The notes: generated from the letters alone by a model not told the origin. Positions 10,245 to 20,987 are shown, numbered from the stretch's first letter. The stretch: DNA of 64,000 nucleotides from Nitrospiraceae bacterium (GCA_050246315.1 JBFWWG010000010.1:103088-167087), one strand, 5' to 3'. Numbers and translations are program-made.

Positions 10245-10877
10245 TTGCGGGCATTGCGGACCTTGTCACCGGTGATTCCGCCTGTCGCCACCCAGTCGCA
10301 CAGCCTGTCCCGATGGGCGACGATCCTCTCGTTGCTCTCGGCTCTTGCAGGGCCGGCAATCGCCGACGACAATTCGACGGCCAAGACTCAGGGCACGGAG
10401 GCCCCGGCGGAAGCAGAGGGAACGGGGCAAGTCTTCCGGGCGCGCGACCTCAAGGGAGCGTCGGACGTCGGGTTGGAGGGCTGCGCGGCCAATTCGGGGG
10501 AATACACGCTCTGGGTCTATGCCACCGCGGCCGCTTGCGGAGTGCCACGCGAACAAGCCGAGCAAGTCGTGCTGGTGCGCCAACCGCTTCCTGGCGTCGC
10601 GCCCCTTCGGGCCAGAGTCGAGATCTCCGGCGGCACCTATCACCTCTGGGTCTTCGGGTCCGGCGATCCCGGCCACCCTTGGCTTCACATCTGTGGAAAG
10701 ACCTGTGTCATTGGAGAGCTCCCGGGCAAGCCCGAATGGGTCTCGTTCGGACCGATCGAAGTCCGGGATCTTCAGATGATCTTCATCCGCACCAAGGAAG
10801 TGCCCTATGGGCACACGCTTCGCCTCCATGCGATGGTGTTGTCCGCCCACGAAGGTCCACCCGAGTGGGTACCCTAG
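10245..10877 (+). CDS. Hypothetical secreted protein
   Basis: Signal-like segment (WATILSLLSALAGPAIA); start uncertain; stop TAG coincides with the MITE end. Confidence 0.6.
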   Translation: MRALRTLSPVIPPVATQSHSLSRWATILSLLSALAGPAIADDNSTAKTQGTEAPAEAEGTGQVFRARDLKGASDVGLEGCAANSGEYTLWVYATAAACGVPREQAEQVVLVRQPLPGVAPLRARVEISGGTYHLWVFGSGDPGHPWLHICGKTCVIGELPGKPEWVSFGPIEVRDLQMIFIRTKEVPYGHTLRLHAMVLSAHEGPPEWVP

Positions 10878-11121
10878 CCCACATTATTCATGACGGTTCG
10901 TGACGAAACCGACAAGACGCCACGCGTCGGACCCATTGCATGGAGAAGCGCAATGGGTACCCCCACGCGGAGCCCCGAGGGGGCGAAGCATACTTGAAAC
11001 AGTATGTTGAGACCATGAGGGGCGAGCCTACCCGTCAGCATGCGTTCCAAGCCGCATGCTGGCTCGTCGCAGCGGCGTATCGGCGGTTGCAGTAGAAGCG
11101 TTCATGAATAATGTGGGCTAG
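10874..11121. repeat. MITE-like element, family B (intact)
   Basis: Perfect TIR CTAGCCCACATTATTCATGA / TCATGAATAATGTGGGCTAG. Confidence 0.9.
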
Positions 11122-11249
11122 TGTTGTGTCCCGTAAGTTCCGGTAATTATCCGTTCGCACTGAGCGTGTCGAAGGGCGCCCACTTTCAAGGAGTTCCGTT
11201 CATGGTTCGACAGGCTCACCACGAACGAACTTCTGGGACGCAACACTAG
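11118..11249. repeat. REP/MITE-like element, family D
   Basis: TIR CTAGTGTTG.GTCCC / GGGACGCAACACTAG; internal TGAGC.TGTCGAA / TTCGACAGGCTCA arms; shares CTAG with the preceding element. Confidence 0.75.
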
Positions 11250-11275
11250 GAGGGTGTTGAAAAAGACCGCCGAGG

Positions 11276-11971
11276 TCATTCCCGTTCGAAGAGATCCTTG
11301 AGCACTTTCCGCGCCGCCGCTATCAGTTGCTGCCGATCCTCCTGATGCTGCGACAACAGCTCGCGCAACCGGTGGGCCTCCGCGCCATCCGGTTTCAGCC
11401 GGATGGCGCGGTCCAGCGCCGTGCGAGCCTCGTCCGCATCGCCTTGCACCATGCGCAGCAAGCCTAGATCGGCGTAGGCCTCCGCGTCGTCCGGCCGAAG
11501 CTGGACTGCCGTTTCCATGGCTCGCGCGGCGTCCGGCCATCGGCCGACTCCCATCCATGCCCGTCCCAGCCAATAGTAGACCTCTCCGTCATTCCGGTGC
11601 AGACGGACCGCCGCTTCCAACGCCTCCGCTGCCCCGACATAGTCGTGGTAATCCAGAAGCACCTGCCCAAGCCCGCGGTAGGCTTCGCCAAATTCCGGAT
11701 CGAGCCCGATGGCGGCGCGATATTCCTCCGCCGCCCCGTTCATGTCGCCGCGGCGCGCCAATTCCTCGGCCAGCCGATACCGAGTCTGCGCATCGGTTCC
11801 GCTGAACGCGGGGGACGCGCGAAGCAGGTCGCGGGTTCGGCGGAATTCCGCCTCCAGGTCGGCCTCCGTCGGACCTTCGAGAACCGCCGCAGTCCTCTTG
11901 GAAACCTCGGCAAGAGACGTGCTGGAGAACAGGAAGACCACGGACAAGAGGGTGGATAAAGAGAGACCCAA
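11276..11971 (-). CDS. Tetratricopeptide repeat protein
   Basis: Signal peptide followed by TPR consensus repeats (EAYRGLG, EVYYWLG, EAYADLG). Confidence 0.85.
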   Translation of the reverse strand: MGLSLSTLLSVVFLFSSTSLAEVSKRTAAVLEGPTEADLEAEFRRTRDLLRASPAFSGTDAQTRYRLAEELARRGDMNGAAEEYRAAIGLDPEFGEAYRGLGQVLLDYHDYVGAAEALEAAVRLHRNDGEVYYWLGRAWMGVGRWPDAARAMETAVQLRPDDAEAYADLGLLRMVQGDADEARTALDRAIRLKPDGAEAHRLRELLSQHQEDRQQLIAAARKVLKDLFERE

Positions 11972-11983
11972 AACAATCTACCG

Positions 11984-12934
11984 TTAGGCGATTGGGATGC
12001 GGGACTTGTGCTGTTCCAACCATTGATCAAACGTCCGGAGCGACGGATTCAAGGCTCGCGAGACTTCCAGGCTGCGGGCGCTGCGGAAGACGTCGTTGAA
12101 ATCATGCTTGAACTGGAACATGTTGCCGATATCGTCGGCGCCGGGGAACCCGAAGGACCGGTAGACGTCAAAGGGCACCGACTGATAGATCACCGGCTGG
12201 CCCAGCGCTCGGCTCAATGAGGCGGCCATCTGAGCGCCGGTGAGATGCTCGCCGGCGATGCCGACGGTCTTGCCGATGGACTCCCGGCCTTTCCGATACA
12301 GACCCATCGCGCATTTGCCGATATCCTCGGCGGCAATGCCGGGCAGCTTCTTCTCGCCCATCGGCAGCGTGAACACGAGCTTGCCGTCCGGTCCTTTCTT
12401 CGGCCCCATGCCAAAATAGATCAGGTTGTCCCAATAAAATGAGGTCAGCAGAAACGTCGTCGGCACGTCGAGCTTCGTAAATTCACCATCGGCCTCTCCC
12501 TTGGCGTCGAAGTGCGGCACCTTGTACTTCCCCATCAGCGTCGGCATCCGGTTGTCGCCCAACGGCACCCACCGGCGCGTGTCTTCCAAAGTGGACCAGA
12601 TGACATGTTGAAGGCCGGCTTGTTTCGCCGCCTTCGCCAGGCTCGCTGCCTCGGCATATTCCTTCTCCGGCGACATATGCGCCCAGAAGAAGGTGACGCA
12701 AAAGGCCCCGTAGGCGCCTCGGAAGGCTCGTTGGATGCTGTCCGGATCATGCACATCGGCCTGAACGACCTCGGCCCCCATTCGAGCGAGCTCCTTGGCC
12801 TTTTCTCCATTGACGTCCCGCGTGAGGGCGCGAACCGTGAAGCCGCTTTTCGGCTCGCTCATGATCGCGCGGACCAGTCCGCCGCCTTGAGCACCAGTCG
12901 CCCCGACAACCGCAATGATTTTTCTCTCTGTCAT
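11984..12934 (-). CDS. NmrA/HSCARG family NAD(P)-binding protein
   Basis: VVGATGAQGGG Rossmann motif; VPHFDAK. Confidence 0.92.
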   Translation of the reverse strand: MTERKIIAVVGATGAQGGGLVRAIMSEPKSGFTVRALTRDVNGEKAKELARMGAEVVQADVHDPDSIQRAFRGAYGAFCVTFFWAHMSPEKEYAEAASLAKAAKQAGLQHVIWSTLEDTRRWVPLGDNRMPTLMGKYKVPHFDAKGEADGEFTKLDVPTTFLLTSFYWDNLIYFGMGPKKGPDGKLVFTLPMGEKKLPGIAAEDIGKCAMGLYRKGRESIGKTVGIAGEHLTGAQMAASLSRALGQPVIYQSVPFDVYRSFGFPGADDIGNMFQFKHDFNDVFRSARSLEVSRALNPSLRTFDQWLEQHKSRIPIA

Positions 12935-13169
12935 GTTCATTCCTTTCCGTGACAATGGCTGGCAGGACGTGGCACGCGTCTGCCATCCTGGCATCCGCCC
13001 GGCGGAAGATCGCCACGTTCAGAAACTCGATATCTTGATAGGTTTGCCGACACGTCTCCCTGTCATACTGCCGATGCCTCGACTCACACGACCGATGGGT
13101 GATGATTGTGTCACGCAGGCGTATCGGCTGCAAGGCGAGTCAGTCGGGAAGATGGCGCCTGAACGCCCG

Positions 13170-13976
13170 TCATCTCGCTTTCCGGCCGCTCGCCGCCACC
13201 GTGGCGTAGTAGATGGCCCAGGTCTCCGGATCATCCGCAAATCGGCCGTACCGATCGAGATCCGATTCGGTGACGACGCCGGTCGCCAGATATTTTTCCC
13301 GCAGTTGCACCGCGGACAATTTCATGATCGTCGCCATACCGGACCCGCCGGCGGACAACGGCGCATCGTGCTCCACCGTCAAGGATTGTAGTCCGCGACG
13401 CTGCACCAGCGATGGCAGTTTCACCCCCAGCATGAAATCCATCCCGAGGCCGTTGTACATCCGCTCGATCGCCTGGTTGACCTTTTCTACGGAGCGCAAT
13501 GCGTCTTCCGTTCCCGTAATTCCGCGCGACGCCGAGAAGTCCGGCTCCTCAAGGACAATCCAGCCGCCCGGTTTCAGGCAATCCACCATTCGACCGAAGA
13601 CGGTTTCGTAGTCCGGCAGATGGATCAACACATAGCGCGCATGAACCAAGTCGAACGACTCCTGCGGCAGGGCAGCCGTGCGAATATCGTCCTGCCGAAT
13701 CTCCACGTTCGCGCCATGCTGATCCGCCAGAAACTTGGTCGAGAGATCCACGGCTACGACCTGTCCTGTCGGACCGACCACCTGACTCATCCAGGTCATG
13801 ATCGACCCGGCTCCGGGACCGACTTCCAAACAACGCCAGCCGGCGCTCAGCCCCGTGTCCGAGAGCCGCCGTCGGCTCGCCGGATCAATCACCTGCTCGA
13901 TGACGCGGAGTCGCTCCAGCTCCCTCTGATCCTTCGCCTGTAGAAAGACGTACTCCGATCGTCCTCTGCTCATCAT
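13170..13976 (-). CDS. Class I SAM-dependent methyltransferase
   Basis: LEVGPGAG, FDLVHARYVL, LKPGG. Confidence 0.88.
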   Translation of the reverse strand: MMSRGRSEYVFLQAKDQRELERLRVIEQVIDPASRRRLSDTGLSAGWRCLEVGPGAGSIMTWMSQVVGPTGQVVAVDLSTKFLADQHGANVEIRQDDIRTAALPQESFDLVHARYVLIHLPDYETVFGRMVDCLKPGGWIVLEEPDFSASRGITGTEDALRSVEKVNQAIERMYNGLGMDFMLGVKLPSLVQRRGLQSLTVEHDAPLSAGGSGMATIMKLSAVQLREKYLATGVVTESDLDRYGRFADDPETWAIYYATVAASGRKAR

Positions 13977-14781
13977 CCTCCGTTCTCCTCCATCCGGACA
14001 ACACGCAACGTTGGGCGATCAAAGGGGCAAAGCTGGATAAATCGTCGGATACCGGCTTCATCACCGCCTCTGCCAGTCGCGCATCCTCGAAACATTCGTA
14101 GACATCGTCGAGAAAGCCACCGCGCAGCAATGGATGATGGAGGAACGCTGGACCCGAGCCGGTGGGGACTTCAAGCGGCCACTCGGCCACAGTGATGCGT
14201 TCAAGCTTCGCCGCCTCCAGCCACTTCCGCCCCTCCTGTGCGGAGGGTCGCTCCGCGACATAGTCCGCCAGCCGTTGCCGCTCGGCCTTCAATCCCCTCT
14301 CGGTCATTTCCCGATCGATCCGGCGCCAGAGTGAATCGAACGTGCCGAGCGAGGGAAAGGTCAACACCAGTTGGCCACCCGGCTTGAGATGGGAAACCAG
14401 ACCGGAGACGACCGCAGGGCGGTCCGGACGAAAGAACATCACCGAGAGGTTGCCGGTAATGCGATCGAATGCGGGCAGGTCTCTGGGCAAGGCTCGCATA
14501 TCCAGACACTCGAAGCGGAGCCAGGGCAGATGCGACCGTTGAATTGCCCGTGCGCCCGCGACTTGCCGCTCGCTCAAATCGATGCCGAGAACGGCTCCCG
14601 TCGGACCGACCTGCTCGGCCACATGGAAGGCCGGAATTCCATCACCGGAGGCAATGTCGAGGACCGTCGCGCCAGGGAAGAGATCCAGATGGTAGAGCAA
14701 CAGCTCGGCGAATGGAGTGGACCAGTAGTCGTCGGGCGGAAGCGCCCATCGTGATCCGACATCATGCACCGGCTTGCGCAT
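13885..14781 (-). CDS. Class I SAM-dependent methyltransferase
   Basis: VLDIASGDG, LKPGGQL; the 3' end overlaps the next gene by 92 nt. Confidence 0.85.
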   Translation of the reverse strand: MRKPVHDVGSRWALPPDDYWSTPFAELLLYHLDLFPGATVLDIASGDGIPAFHVAEQVGPTGAVLGIDLSERQVAGARAIQRSHLPWLRFECLDMRALPRDLPAFDRITGNLSVMFFRPDRPAVVSGLVSHLKPGGQLVLTFPSLGTFDSLWRRIDREMTERGLKAERQRLADYVAERPSAQEGRKWLEAAKLERITVAEWPLEVPTGSGPAFLHHPLLRGGFLDDVYECFEDARLAEAVMKPVSDDLSSFAPLIAQRCVLSGWRRTEDDEQRTIGVRLSTGEGSEGAGATPRHRAGD

Positions 14782-14904
14782 GGTTCGACTTCCCTTCAGA
14801 AGGACTTAGCCTGCATTATTCACGAGGATTCGTGACGAAACCGCCAAGACGCCACGCGAGACGGGCACGCGGAGCCGTGAGAACCCGAGCACCTGTCTTG
14901 ATTG

Positions 14905-15854
<950 letters not shown>

Positions 15855-15870
15855 CGCCGCCTCCTTGGTG

Positions 15871-16020
15871 AAGCCCGTCCTTGTCCTGATGCGGGCTCGA
15901 TGGCCCAGGCAACTGTTCGGGCTTGTGGTAGGAGGAACGTGACGACCCGGCTCGGCCACGGTCTCTGCGGACCGGAGGCATATCGATCTATCACGTTCCG
16001 TGGGTCTCATGTATCACACT
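15871..16020 (-). ncRNA. Predicted IS110 bridge RNA
   Basis: Two stem-enclosed internal loops: GGAACGTGA/TCACGTTCC holding target guides GATATGCCT and CCGAG; AAGCCCG/CGGGCTT holding donor guides ACAGTTGCC and ACAAG; ends approximate. Confidence 0.82.
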
Positions 16021-16282
16021 TTCAAGATACAAGGCATACGTGAAACAGCATGTTGACCGACCGAGCAGCGAGCCCTCCCGCCTGGCCGTGTGAAAACCAC
16101 GGCCAGGCTTGTCGTAGCGGCGAATGCACGGTTGCAGTAGAAGTCATCGTGAATAATGCGGATTAGGAGCATACCGCATCGTCGCGCGGACACCATGCGA
16201 ACTGTTGAGCCGACCTGTTGGGATGGAACGATGAATGAACCTTCCGTTGATTTCTTCATCCGAGCCAACGAGCGCGTTTCTT

Positions 16283-16344
16283 CGTATCTGATCCGATACG
16301 AGGCCGTATCGGATCAGATACGAACGTGTATTGCATCCGATACG
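16283..16344. promoter_or_regulatory. Three phased palindromic sites (YGTATY-N6-GATACG), candidate enhancer/UAS
   Basis: Sites start at 16283, 16305 and 16327 (22-bp period); the first two lie within a perfect 20-bp inverted repeat. Confidence 0.6.
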
Positions 16345-16474
16345 GTTACGCATTGCAGAGGTGTGCCGAGGTGTACTCACTCCCCTTCACACGGTTTCCC
16401 AAGTCTCGACAAATCAGTCAGTTCCATATGTATGCATTTCGCGATTTCTGATTGCCATATTAGAGGATCGACAA

Positions 16475-16490
16475 TGGCAAGATGCTTGCT
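16475..16490 (+). promoter_or_regulatory. Sigma54 -24/-12 promoter
   Basis: TGGCAAGATGCTTGCT, matching TGGCA...TTGC with GG-N10-GC spacing, upstream of the protease operon. Confidence 0.65.
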
Positions 16491-16734
16491 CACTCCAGCA
16501 GCACGCGCATCTCACTCACTGGTGCACCGATGGCTCGCAGATGATCTGGTGTGTCCCATCTCGTATTTGTCACATCGCTCAGATACGCATGCTCCTTCAC
16601 CCTTCGCTAAATACGGTGGGAGAGGAAGAATCGGTGATGTGTTCTCGATCACGGTGCCCACCATTGCGCCTGATGTTGCGAGAACAAGCCGGCAAGAGCG
16701 CCAAGTTGCGACGTAGCCGAATCACGAGAAGGAG

Positions 16735-17016
16735 GTGGTGATAGTGCAAGTGATCATTCAGGTTTCCACGGATGTGGCGCTTAAACTTCACCAACGCGCG
16801 CCGCCTGCTTCAGAAACAGAGTCGCTCCTGCGGGTGATCGTGGCATTGGGTCTCACCCTGCAACCAATGCACCCTCATACGAATGATCCTAATCTCCAGC
16901 GCTATTTCATTGTGGAGGTGCTGGACCATGCAACCGCCCAGCAAGTGATGGACCGTCTCAGGCAAGTGCAAGCGGTCGAAGCGGCATATGTTAAGCCGCA
17001 AGATGAGTCCCCTTAA
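16735..17016 (+). CDS. Stand-alone subtilase pro-domain-like (inhibitor I9-like) protein
   Basis: AGGAGG RBS (start may be GTG 16744); shares G.TL.P, P.L..Y..VE and EAAYVKP with the N-terminus of the downstream S8. Confidence 0.75.
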   Translation: MVIVQVIIQVSTDVALKLHQRAPPASETESLLRVIVALGLTLQPMHPHTNDPNLQRYFIVEVLDHATAQQVMDRLRQVQAVEAAYVKPQDESP

Positions 17017-17049
17017 CGAGTAGTCGATTAATCAAAAGGAGTGCTGACT

Positions 17050-18861
17050 ATGGCTAAGTCCCCAAGGACAGGAAATCCCGTATCAGCCGGGACTTCACCG
17101 CCCCCTGAAGACCTGATGGGAAAACGTGAACTCGTGATCGTGGGAAAGCGTGAACTCGGCCTGCATGCAAGTAGGGAGGCTGTGGCTTCCGTTACCGGAG
17201 CGGATGTTAGTCGCCTAGCAGAATTACTGACATCCGAAGGAGTCACCTTGGAGCCGTTGTTTGGGATGAGCGAGGAGCGGCTTCAAGCCCAGGCCGCCGC
17301 GCTGGCCGCAGAAACGGGAGCGGATGTACCCGATCTATCGGTTTACTACCATGTTGAAGCCCCCGATGACCGTCTCGATGCCCTCGCAGAGCGATTTCAG
17401 CGGCTAGAGGGGATCGAGGCCGCATATGTGAAGCCGGCGGCGGAACCGGCGGAGTTTAGATTCAATGATATGGCTCCACAAACGGGAGAGCCGCCGACAC
17501 ACTCTCCTGATTTCACAGCACGTCAGGGTTATCTTGGCGCGAGTCCGGTGGGGATCGAAGCCCAGTATGCTTGGACCGTGCCTGGTGGACGTGGCCCTGG
17601 GGTCAATATCATCGACATTGAGTGGGGCTGGCGGTTTACCCACGAAGATTTGACCCAAAATCAAGGGGGCGTGGTCTCAGGAACCAACTCACCTGATGAC
17701 AACCATGGAACTGCCGTACTCGGTGAATTCAGCGGCGACCGCAACGCATTCGGCATCACGGGTATCGCCCCGGACGCCCACGCAAGCGCGGTGTCCCTGG
17801 TTACGCACAGCACAGCGCAAGCCATTCGCATTGCGGCTGACCGGTTGCGGCCGGGAGACATCATCCTGCTGGAAGTACACCGACCAGGCCCTCGGGCGCC
17901 GAGTGGGAGCGGCCAATTCGGTTTCATCGCTATCGAATGGTGGCCCGATGACTTCGATGCGATTCGCTACGCGGTGAGTAAGGGCATCATTGTCGTCGAG
18001 GCGGCTGGTAATGGCGGCCAAAACCTCGACGACCCCGTTTACAACACTCGTCCAGCTGGATTCCCTGCCACTTGGAGAAACCCTTTCAACCCGGCCAATC
18101 CCAGTTCCGGAGCCGTGGTCGCTGGAGCGGGCATGCCTCCTACTGGTACACATGGTAGGAATCGCCACCCCGGTTGGGGAGACGTTTACGCTGACCGGGG
18201 GCGCTGCTTCTTTTCCAACCATGGTGCGAGGGTTGACGCCCAGGGGTGGGGATGGGAGGTGACGACAACTGGTTATGGCGACCTTCAAGGAGGATCTAAT
18301 CGGAACGAATGGTACACTGATCAGTTCAGCGGCACCTCCAGCGCCTCACCTATCGTGGTGGGGACGTTGGCTTCTGTGCAAGGGGTCCTGCGAACCCATG
18401 GCAGAATTCCCCTGAGTCCTGCCAGAGCCATCGAATTACTGCGGGCTACCGGCTCACCTCAACAGGACGGTCCGGCATTTACTTTCATCCCCAACATGAC
18501 GGGCACTGGATATCCACAGAACCATCCGGTCCGTCCAAACACCCAGCGCATCGGCAATCGTCCCAACCTGCGACAACTGATCGCCCGCGCCTTGGATACA
18601 AGGATGTGGGTCGGCGTTCAGTTCACCGGCACGATCCCGGCTAATCAAACTCAGCGTTGGTTCACCTTCAACTGGCCAGCGCATTGGCACGTGGTGTGGA
18701 CAGTTGTCCCAACTAGCCCGCGACTTGGCGCACCACAAATTGAGTGGAAAGTGCAGGTCGAGCGTGCGTCCGATCCGTTCATCACTTACTGGATCAGTAT
18801 TACAAACCTGACACCGGTTCCGGTCACCATCGAAGCACGTTTCGCCGTGCTCGGCTGGTAG
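17050..18861 (+). CDS. S8 family subtilisin-like serine protease with pro-domain and C-terminal Trp-rich beta domain
   Basis: AAAGGAG RBS; IIDIEWG (Asp), NHGTAVLG (His), AAGNG (oxyanion Asn), FSGTSSASP (Ser); no signal peptide seen. Confidence 0.93.
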   Translation: MAKSPRTGNPVSAGTSPPPEDLMGKRELVIVGKRELGLHASREAVASVTGADVSRLAELLTSEGVTLEPLFGMSEERLQAQAAALAAETGADVPDLSVYYHVEAPDDRLDALAERFQRLEGIEAAYVKPAAEPAEFRFNDMAPQTGEPPTHSPDFTARQGYLGASPVGIEAQYAWTVPGGRGPGVNIIDIEWGWRFTHEDLTQNQGGVVSGTNSPDDNHGTAVLGEFSGDRNAFGITGIAPDAHASAVSLVTHSTAQAIRIAADRLRPGDIILLEVHRPGPRAPSGSGQFGFIAIEWWPDDFDAIRYAVSKGIIVVEAAGNGGQNLDDPVYNTRPAGFPATWRNPFNPANPSSGAVVAGAGMPPTGTHGRNRHPGWGDVYADRGRCFFSNHGARVDAQGWGWEVTTTGYGDLQGGSNRNEWYTDQFSGTSSASPIVVGTLASVQGVLRTHGRIPLSPARAIELLRATGSPQQDGPAFTFIPNMTGTGYPQNHPVRPNTQRIGNRPNLRQLIARALDTRMWVGVQFTGTIPANQTQRWFTFNWPAHWHVVWTVVPTSPRLGAPQIEWKVQVERASDPFITYWISITNLTPVPVTIEARFAVLGW

Positions 18862-18898
18862 CGCAGCGTGCGATCAATCTTTTGAAAGGAGCACTGTC

Positions 18899-19153
18899 AT
18901 GAGAGTCGGAGTGCAATTTACGGGAACCATTCCAGCAGGAGCTACTAGCCGCTGGTTCACCCACAGCTGGCCGCAGGCATGGCATGTTGCGTGGTACGTC
19001 GTGCCCACCTCGCCGAGGGTCGGCGCACCGCAGATCGAATGGAGCACGGCGGTGGAGCGGGCTTCCAGCACCCATATCACATACTGGATCACGATTAAGA
19101 ACCTCACCTCGACACCCGTCAATATCGAAGCCCGTTATGCCATATTCAATTGA
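18899..19153 (+). CDS. 84-aa stand-alone paralog of the S8 C-terminal domain
   Basis: AAAGGAG RBS; ungapped hand alignment to the S8 tail gives 58/84 identical residues. Confidence 0.88.
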   Translation: MRVGVQFTGTIPAGATSRWFTHSWPQAWHVAWYVVPTSPRVGAPQIEWSTAVERASSTHITYWITIKNLTSTPVNIEARYAIFN

Positions 19154-19165
19154 AAGGAGGCCTCG

Positions 19166-19450
19166 ATGCGCATCATTATTGAACCCGCCGAGCAAGGACG
19201 CACGGCAACTCCCTCATACGAGCCGACACACCCCGTCCATGTGGAAACAGTCGATGGCGGGGCTCCATCTCATACGCTTACACAAACCGTCGAGGAGACA
19301 CTACCTCTACCAATGGCAATGGAGAGAGAAGGAATGAGTGCTGGCTCCCCGCCTGAATGGTTGTTGAAAGCTATCCAGGGCTCAGCGCAACCTTCCACGG
19401 CGGGTTCGGGCATGGACACCGATGCGGGGAGTGCACCCAACGAGCGATAG
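19166..19450 (+). CDS. Small low-complexity protein with three (D/S)(G/A)G(A/S)(A/P) motifs
   Basis: AAAGGAGG RBS directly after the previous stop; motifs VDGGAPS, MSAGSPP, TDAGSAP. Confidence 0.72.
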   Translation: MRIIIEPAEQGRTATPSYEPTHPVHVETVDGGAPSHTLTQTVEETLPLPMAMEREGMSAGSPPEWLLKAIQGSAQPSTAGSGMDTDAGSAPNER

Positions 19451-19719
19451 AGAGAGGGACGCATCGAGATAAGGATGGGAGGGCCATCTGCACCGCCAGG
19501 AAGACACGGCGAATGGGGCCCCGTCATTCCGAATTGATCGGGTGAGGACGACCCGCTGCAGAAGCAGCACGTTCGGGCCTCCAGCGTCTGAGCCGTATGG
19601 AAGAGCAGTGAGCCAGCGTTTCATCCACGGGAGAGGATGGAGAACACACCGTGAAGAAACCAATTACGAAGAAAGCATCGATAATCAGGACACCTCCACA
19701 GAAGAAAGGAGCAAATGCC

Positions 19720-20772
19720 ATGAAGCTAGATGAGACGAAGATGGTGTTGTCGGAGTCGGCCAACGCGGAGGCAAAAAAAGCACAGAGGGCCGCCGAAACC
19801 GAGTTCCTGGACCCCGAGAGGGCTCGGGGCAATGTCGTTGGCATGGGAGTGGGCGTCAAGTGGAAAAATGGGCAGCCCACAGGAGAGCCCGCCCTTGTGG
19901 TACTGGTAACCCAGAAGTTGGAAAAGAGTCAGGTGAGAGCCGCTGACCTCGTGCCAGCCAAATTGGCAGAGATGCAAACCGATGTGCTCACCGTCGGATA
20001 CCCCTTCGCTGGCGGCGGGAACGACTCGCTGGAGGTCGGTGCCCAGACGCTGGCTAAACGCATCCGACCGGCGGAAGGCGGCTACAGTGTGGGACATTTT
20101 AAGATCACGGCGGGGACGATCGCCACTTGTGTTTACGATATCTTGCCAGGAGGCTCCATCAGCCCACCAGCGCATGGGATTGGCGTCCCACACCACTACT
20201 ACATTCTCAGCAACAACCATGTTCTGGCGAACAGCAATGCGGCTTCTATTGGCGACCCCATCCTGCAGCCCGGCCCCTTCGACGGCGGCACATTCCCGGC
20301 GGATCTCATCGCCCGCCTAAGCCGGTTCATTCCCATCGACCTAACTCCTGCGGTCCCCCTCGCTCACCACAACAACCTGGTCGATGCCGCTGTGGCCGCA
20401 GGGGAGTTCCACGATCTGGACAGGGAAATCTATTGGACCGGTTATGTCCGAGGTTGGCGACCGAAAGCACACGTGACGGTCGGGACGATTGTGCAAAAGA
20501 CTGGGCGTACCACGAACTACACAACCGGGCGCATCACAGCAATCAACGCCACTGTCGATGTCAACTATGGTGGTGGGAGGATCGGGCGGTTCAAAGACCA
20601 GATCGTGACGACTAACATCTCAGCTGGCGGTGACTCGGGGTCGTTGGTAACCACACTGGACGATGTGGCAGTGGGGTTACTATATGCGGGTTCTACGGCA
20701 GCAACCATCCTCAACCAGATTGAAAACGTGCGCGCGCTGCTGCGGGTGGAGGTGGCAGAAACAATAGCGTGA
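19720..20772 (+). CDS. Nal1-like trypsin-fold (S1) serine protease with N-terminal pro-domain
   Basis: AAAGGAG RBS; NVVGMGVG pro-domain; TAGTI, LSNNHVLA (His), VDAAVA (Asp), KTGRTT, GDSGS (Ser); no signal peptide seen. Confidence 0.88.
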   Translation: MKLDETKMVLSESANAEAKKAQRAAETEFLDPERARGNVVGMGVGVKWKNGQPTGEPALVVLVTQKLEKSQVRAADLVPAKLAEMQTDVLTVGYPFAGGGNDSLEVGAQTLAKRIRPAEGGYSVGHFKITAGTIATCVYDILPGGSISPPAHGIGVPHHYYILSNNHVLANSNAASIGDPILQPGPFDGGTFPADLIARLSRFIPIDLTPAVPLAHHNNLVDAAVAAGEFHDLDREIYWTGYVRGWRPKAHVTVGTIVQKTGRTTNYTTGRITAINATVDVNYGGGRIGRFKDQIVTTNISAGGDSGSLVTTLDDVAVGLLYAGSTAATILNQIENVRALLRVEVAETIA

Positions 20773-20797
20773 GAACTCGAGCAGACAGAGCGGTTGC

Positions 20798-20987
20798 CTA
20801 GGAGCCTGTCTGACATTGCCGTTCGTGACGAGGCGAGGGAGGTGCGGTCAGATGCAAGGCCGCAGGCCCGGAAAAACCGGAGGCGTATTCGCTGGAATAC
20901 GTTGAGGAGTTTTCCGGGCCGAGAACGACGCAGATGGTTGCACATCGTTCGCCGCAGTAGAAAGGTCAAGGTCAGGCAGACTCCTAG
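20798..20987. repeat. MITE-like element, family A
   Basis: CTAGGAGCCTGTCTGAC ... GTCAGGCAGACTCCTAG. Confidence 0.85.

Noticed and set aside
13885..13976. 92-nt overlap of the two methyltransferase genes as programmed recoding
   Set aside because: No slippery site seen; the downstream gene has its own RBS-like GGAGG and start, so loss of a stop codon is simpler
16281..16324. Perfect 20-bp inverted repeat as a terminator or IS end
   Set aside because: No U-tract, lies outside the IS110 boundaries, and is better explained as two of three phased palindromic sites
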